Virus record (IMG/VR): IMGVR_UViG_3300021431_000081
Coordinates: 64,001-128,000 of that record
Length of the DNA stretch: 64,000 nucleotides
Direction: 5' to 3' (one strand)
From: a virus
Taxonomy: Duplodnaviria; Caudoviricetes
Shown: positions 60,641-64,000 of the stretch, piece after piece
How positions within the stretch are numbered: position 1 is the stretch's first letter
How the letters are laid out: each line of letters opens with the position of its first letter
Notes under the pieces: model-generated
Database searches by the model: none
The model's input: the letters and a program-made list of their open reading frames with translations, nothing else
What the model was told of the DNA's origin: nothing
Position numbers and translations under genes: made by a program

Positions 60641-61050
60641 TGAGTGGTGACTTAAGAAGGGATTTTGAAATTCTGTACACACTTGAAAAAGAACATAAAG
60701 AGATGGGAAGATCTGATCAGGAAATTGCAATGCGAAGAATTGTCAAACAGTTAAAGGAAGGAATCCGAAATACTCTTCATGAGAGAGAAAGATATGATAG
60801 AGAATATCCTTACAAATGGAAAGCATACAAGGATTATTATGACAGTAGATACTGCAAGATTGTGTATGATGAGGTATTTACCGAAGAGGAAGTTAAAGAA
60901 TATATAGAAGAGGAATGGCAGCATTGGTACAATCCATGGGATGATGGAAGGGATTGTACTGGTGTATGGTTTACAAGTGGAATTCATGTATTCCCTATTC
61001 CTGCGATAGGTAAAACAATTGTATATCATATGCAGGATTGTGATGTGTAA
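60634..61050 (+). CDS. Hypothetical protein (DCTGxWFT motif)
   Basis: 138 aa. Confidence 0.7.
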   Translation: MLMSGDLRRDFEILYTLEKEHKEMGRSDQEIAMRRIVKQLKEGIRNTLHERERYDREYPYKWKAYKDYYDSRYCKIVYDEVFTEEEVKEYIEEEWQHWYNPWDDGRDCTGVWFTSGIHVFPIPAIGKTIVYHMQDCDV

Positions 61051-61066
61051 AGCGAAAGGAGAAAAA

Positions 61067-61426
61067 ATGGAACTGAATAATTATAGAGATAGTATTGAAT
61101 TCATTGGAACGCTTATTGATACCGTAGATACCTACATCTTGAATCATGATACAGATGATGGAGTAACAGAAGAAGGTTACGATCATCTGGCAGCGGAACT
61201 GATTTCAACTCTGGAACAGTGGAATATTAATTTAAATAGCAGTCACAAAAAGGAAATCGCTTATAGATTGTGGCATGAGTTTGGCGATGTTCCCATGAAT
61301 CTTGATACAGAATGTATTGAAGAAGAATGGCATGGATTCCCTGTAGGAACACATAGGGAAGATATTTGGGAATGGTTTGAAAATACTCTTGGTGTAAGTG
61401 TTGGTGCTGATTTAATGTACAATTAA
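61067..61426 (+). CDS. Hypothetical protein (FGDVPM...FPVGTHREDIWEWF)
   Basis: Start refined to ATG 61067 (AAGGAG); 119 aa. Confidence 0.7.
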   Translation: MELNNYRDSIEFIGTLIDTVDTYILNHDTDDGVTEEGYDHLAAELISTLEQWNINLNSSHKKEIAYRLWHEFGDVPMNLDTECIEEEWHGFPVGTHREDIWEWFENTLGVSVGADLMYN

Positions 61427-61460
61427 AGAAGCAAAAAAATATAGAACAAGGAGGTAGCCT

Positions 61461-61616
61461 ATGTATTACTACTACAGATATATCATCATTGATGGAACTG
61501 GTGCAGAGATATCCAGGGACTACGCAAAACGAAAGGACGCTGAGTTTGATTTACCGCAGTATGCAAAGTATTTCGGTGGGTGCAAGATCAAGAAAAGAAG
61601 ATATTGCTATTACTAA
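61461..61616 (+). CDS. Small hypothetical protein (51 aa, below track cutoff)
   Basis: AAGGAGGT RBS; MYYYYRYIIIDGTGAEISRDYAKRKDAE... Confidence 0.6.
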   Translation: MYYYYRYIIIDGTGAEISRDYAKRKDAEFDLPQYAKYFGGCKIKKRRYCYY

Positions 61617-61664
61617 TACAATTGAATAAGCAAAACAAAATAAATTAAAATGGAGGACATAATA

Positions 61665-61850
61665 ATGACGAAGAAGGTAGAATTCACCATGGAAAAGGCA
61701 ACTAAGAATACCATTAAGTTCACGGAAGTTCTGGAAAATGAACTGGCAGCACCCATTGTTGGTACTATCTATGTGCCGAAGATGACGCTTGGTATGATGG
61801 GATGGAATAGTGATAAGAAGTTGATCGTTACTTTGGAAGTAGAAAAGTAA
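61665..61850 (+). CDS. Small hypothetical protein (EKATKNTIKF...GTIYVPK)
   Basis: 61 aa; GGAGG RBS. Confidence 0.7.
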   Translation: MTKKVEFTMEKATKNTIKFTEVLENELAAPIVGTIYVPKMTLGMMGWNSDKKLIVTLEVEK

Positions 61851-61922
61851 ATCATTGTCCACATATACGGACAGTGAATATAGTATAACATGTATAAAAA
61901 GAACGCATGTTCGATTTTGCGG

Positions 61923-61951
61923 TTGATTTTCACTGCTGTTTGTGATATAAC
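61923..61951 (+). promoter_or_regulatory. Possible sigma-A promoter
   Basis: TTGATT-17 nt-TATAAC with extended TG. Confidence 0.45.
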
Positions 61952-61993
61952 AAGAGTAAGCAGTAGAATGTATGTTCAATTCAAGGAGGACAT

Positions 61994-62221
61994 ATGAAAG
62001 GAATCAGTATTGTAAATAGCTTACAGGAAAAAGGGAAAATTATTCTTCTTAAGGATGGTGATGCAAAAGAAGCGATGAAAGAAGAATATCGAAAGGCAAT
62101 TCATAGTACTCCAAATTGGAGTAAAAATAATAGTTACTTAGATCCTTATGGAATTTTTGCACAGGTAGCTGATGGAAGTATGACAAACGTTACAGAACTT
62201 AGACTTTGTGATGTGTGTTAA
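61994..62221 (+). CDS. Hypothetical protein
   Basis: 75 aa with RBS. Confidence 0.65.
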   Translation: MKGISIVNSLQEKGKIILLKDGDAKEAMKEEYRKAIHSTPNWSKNNSYLDPYGIFAQVADGSMTNVTELRLCDVC

Positions 62222-62247
62222 GGCAAAAGAGAATACTAAGAAGAGAT

Positions 62248-62279
62248 AAGGAGTTAACCAAAAGGTTGACTCCTTTTTT
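62248..62279 (+). terminator. Intrinsic terminator
   Basis: AAGGAGTTAACC-aaaa-GGTTGACTCC followed by a T-tract. Confidence 0.8.
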
Positions 62280-62322
62280 AATTACAACTAAATAAAAACA
62301 AAATTATAGAGAGGTGCTTATC

Positions 62323-63072
62323 ATGACAAAGAAAAAACAGAAAAACTACAAACTGACCAACGGTGTTGTTTACGATCTGCATATTACTGGTAACACTCAT
62401 ATTCATGTATCTAAAGGGAATGAGAAATTGGGTGAAGGTGTTTATAATATCAGTCTTCTTCCCGGTGACGCACCACTGAAAAGAAAGGATGGATTGCAGT
62501 TAACGAATATTGCAGGAACTTGTGGTGGCTGCTGTGAAGGATGCAAGAAAGCCTGCTATGCAATCAAATCTGCAAAGGTACATCATAATAAAGTTATCCC
62601 TGCATGGGGTGAGAATACCATGCTTGCAAGAGAAGATATGAAAACGTTCTTTGCAGAACTGCAGACGTTTCTTGATAGAACAGAAGTAAGTACCATGAGA
62701 ATCCATGTTGGCGGTGAGTTTTTCTCATTTGAATACATGGCTGCTATGGTACAGTTTGCACAGAGAAACGAAGAGGTACAGTTCTACTTCTACACCAAAC
62801 GGTTTGAATGGTTGGAAGCAACGGAAGATGTTTTCGGTGGAGAACTTCCTAAGAATGTTCATCCGCTTGTTTCGATTTGGCATAAGAACTATAGCAATCC
62901 CAGGGGATTTGCGGAGTTCATTTATGATGACGGAACAGAACCTGAACTGAAACATGTTCATCATTGTCCTGCAGTGGATAAGAACGGACATGAAACTGGT
63001 GTAACTTGTGCAAAATGCAGAAGATGCCGTAATGCCAAGAAGGGAGATAAGATTGCGGTATATGCACATTGA
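62323..63072 (+). CDS. Gp88-like Cys-rich (radical-SAM-related) protein
   Basis: GNEKLG, TC..C..C...CYA, RIHVGGEFFS, FYFYTK and CP...C..C..C. Confidence 0.7.
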   Translation: MTKKKQKNYKLTNGVVYDLHITGNTHIHVSKGNEKLGEGVYNISLLPGDAPLKRKDGLQLTNIAGTCGGCCEGCKKACYAIKSAKVHHNKVIPAWGENTMLAREDMKTFFAELQTFLDRTEVSTMRIHVGGEFFSFEYMAAMVQFAQRNEEVQFYFYTKRFEWLEATEDVFGGELPKNVHPLVSIWHKNYSNPRGFAEFIYDDGTEPELKHVHHCPAVDKNGHETGVTCAKCRRCRNAKKGDKIAVYAH

Positions 63073-63139
63073 TAAATAAATAAATTAAAAGTTAGTACAT
63101 ATTGTAGCATTGAAAATCACAAAGAAAAGGAGTATATTT

Positions 63140-63535
63140 ATGATGAATAAAGAAATTAAAAAGAACGGTAACGAGTGGATGACAGCTTACAAACTGATGC
63201 GGTTGGGTAAAGATGGAGGTGTGTATCCACTCTTTATTAATAAGAAGGAAGAGACACAGTTTGGTGTGCCACTCAAGGCAGAGTGTTTTCCGACAAAGGG
63301 TTTCGCTATACGGACTGGATGGCACTGTTGCTTTAAGCCAATTGCTCCTCATCTTAAAGAGGAACTTGCATCTGGAGAGAAGAGAGTGTGGGTGGAAGTA
63401 AAGGTAAAGGACTGGGAAAGTTATAATCGCCCTGAAAGTCAGGGTGGTGCATGGATACTGGCACAGATGATGGAAGCTGTCAGATGTTTGACGAGTGATG
63501 AAGTGAAAGCAATTAGAAAGGAAGTGATGGCATGA
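63140..63535 (+). CDS. Conserved phage hypothetical protein
   Basis: AYKLMR...YPLFI...RTGWHC...APHL...QGGAW; about 131 aa. Confidence 0.7.
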   Translation: MMNKEIKKNGNEWMTAYKLMRLGKDGGVYPLFINKKEETQFGVPLKAECFPTKGFAIRTGWHCCFKPIAPHLKEELASGEKRVWVEVKVKDWESYNRPESQGGAWILAQMMEAVRCLTSDEVKAIRKEVMA

Positions 63536-63921
63536 GTATGGAATTAACTCGTGAACAGGCAATCAACACATTATTGAGCAATCTGGTGTTTGATGAATCC
63601 AGTATTCAGGAAAATTCACATGCAAGCGAATTTTATATCAAACATCTGATGAATGGATATCATGTATTTGATATTGATCGTGCAGCATGGTTAAATACAT
63701 TACTTCAGTATGATGTAGATATAGAGAAAGCATTAAAGATTGATGATTATCTCTTTAATATGACAGATGAAGTTGACATAATGGATTTGACCATCAAAGA
63801 TAAAGAACTTGTCGAAAAGGCAAATGAAGAGTTAAATCTTGGATTGAATTTCAGTAAGTGGTTAACCGAAGAAGTACCTGTATACCAGTACTTTAATGAG
63901 AAAGGAGAGCGGATAGCATGA
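63532..63921 (+). CDS. Hypothetical protein
   Basis: 129 aa; ATGA coupling. Confidence 0.7.
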   Translation: MSMELTREQAINTLLSNLVFDESSIQENSHASEFYIKHLMNGYHVFDIDRAAWLNTLLQYDVDIEKALKIDDYLFNMTDEVDIMDLTIKDKELVEKANEELNLGLNFSKWLTEEVPVYQYFNEKGERIA

Positions 63922-64000
63922 CCAATGACGTCACCTATAAATTTATCACAGTTAAAGAACTGGTAGATTATTTATTTGCGCATCCTGAAAAGGAAGTCGG
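63918..64000 (+). CDS. Partial ORF running off the window end
   Basis: ATGA overlap at 63918 with AAGGAG RBS; MTNDVTYKFITVKELVDYL... Confidence 0.5.
   Translation, partial: MTNDVTYKFITVKELVDYLFAHPEKEV

Noticed and set aside
1-64000. CRISPR array, diversity-generating retroelement, integrase/att site, IS element or alternative genetic code
   Set aside because: I saw no regularly spaced direct repeats, reverse transcriptase, recombinase or transposase motifs. Genes read intact in the standard code once introns are removed.

Overview
This window is part of a large, AT-rich, SPbeta-like tailed phage, probably of a Firmicutes/Clostridia host (inferred from gene order, sigma-A promoters and strong AAGGAGG RBSs). 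Positions 1 to ~49.2 kb are almost entirely minus strand. In transcription order they hold: small hypothetical genes, a YonO-like single-subunit RNA polymerase, HU, tRNA-Pro, a six-gene low-complexity/Cys-rich cassette, YonK/YonJ-like genes, tRNA-Asn, terminase, portal, protease/scaffold, capsid, head-tail and tail genes, an MT-A70 methyltransferase, RusA, a giant tape-measure gene and a partial tail-tip gene. From ~50.1 kb to the end is a plus-strand cluster of small early-type genes (DUF5688-like, ParB-like, JAB/RadC, Gp88-like). Main results: (i) Four ORF-less group I introns, mapped to the nucleotide from P1/P10 pairing, terminal G and restored reading frames, interrupt three essential late genes: terminase (1), major tail (1) and tape measure (2; spliced product about 4366 aa). 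(ii) A functionally unexplained six-gene cassette (putative Cys protease, N/Q-rich proteins, membrane-anchored Cys-rich coiled coil, beta-rich Cys protein, R/Y/D-rich protein) sits inside the late operon. (iii) The RNA polymerase gene appears to start at ACG. (iv) The early region holds tRNA-mimic structures and an RBS-sequestering leader. Family assignments come from motifs and synteny read by eye; no database searches were run.
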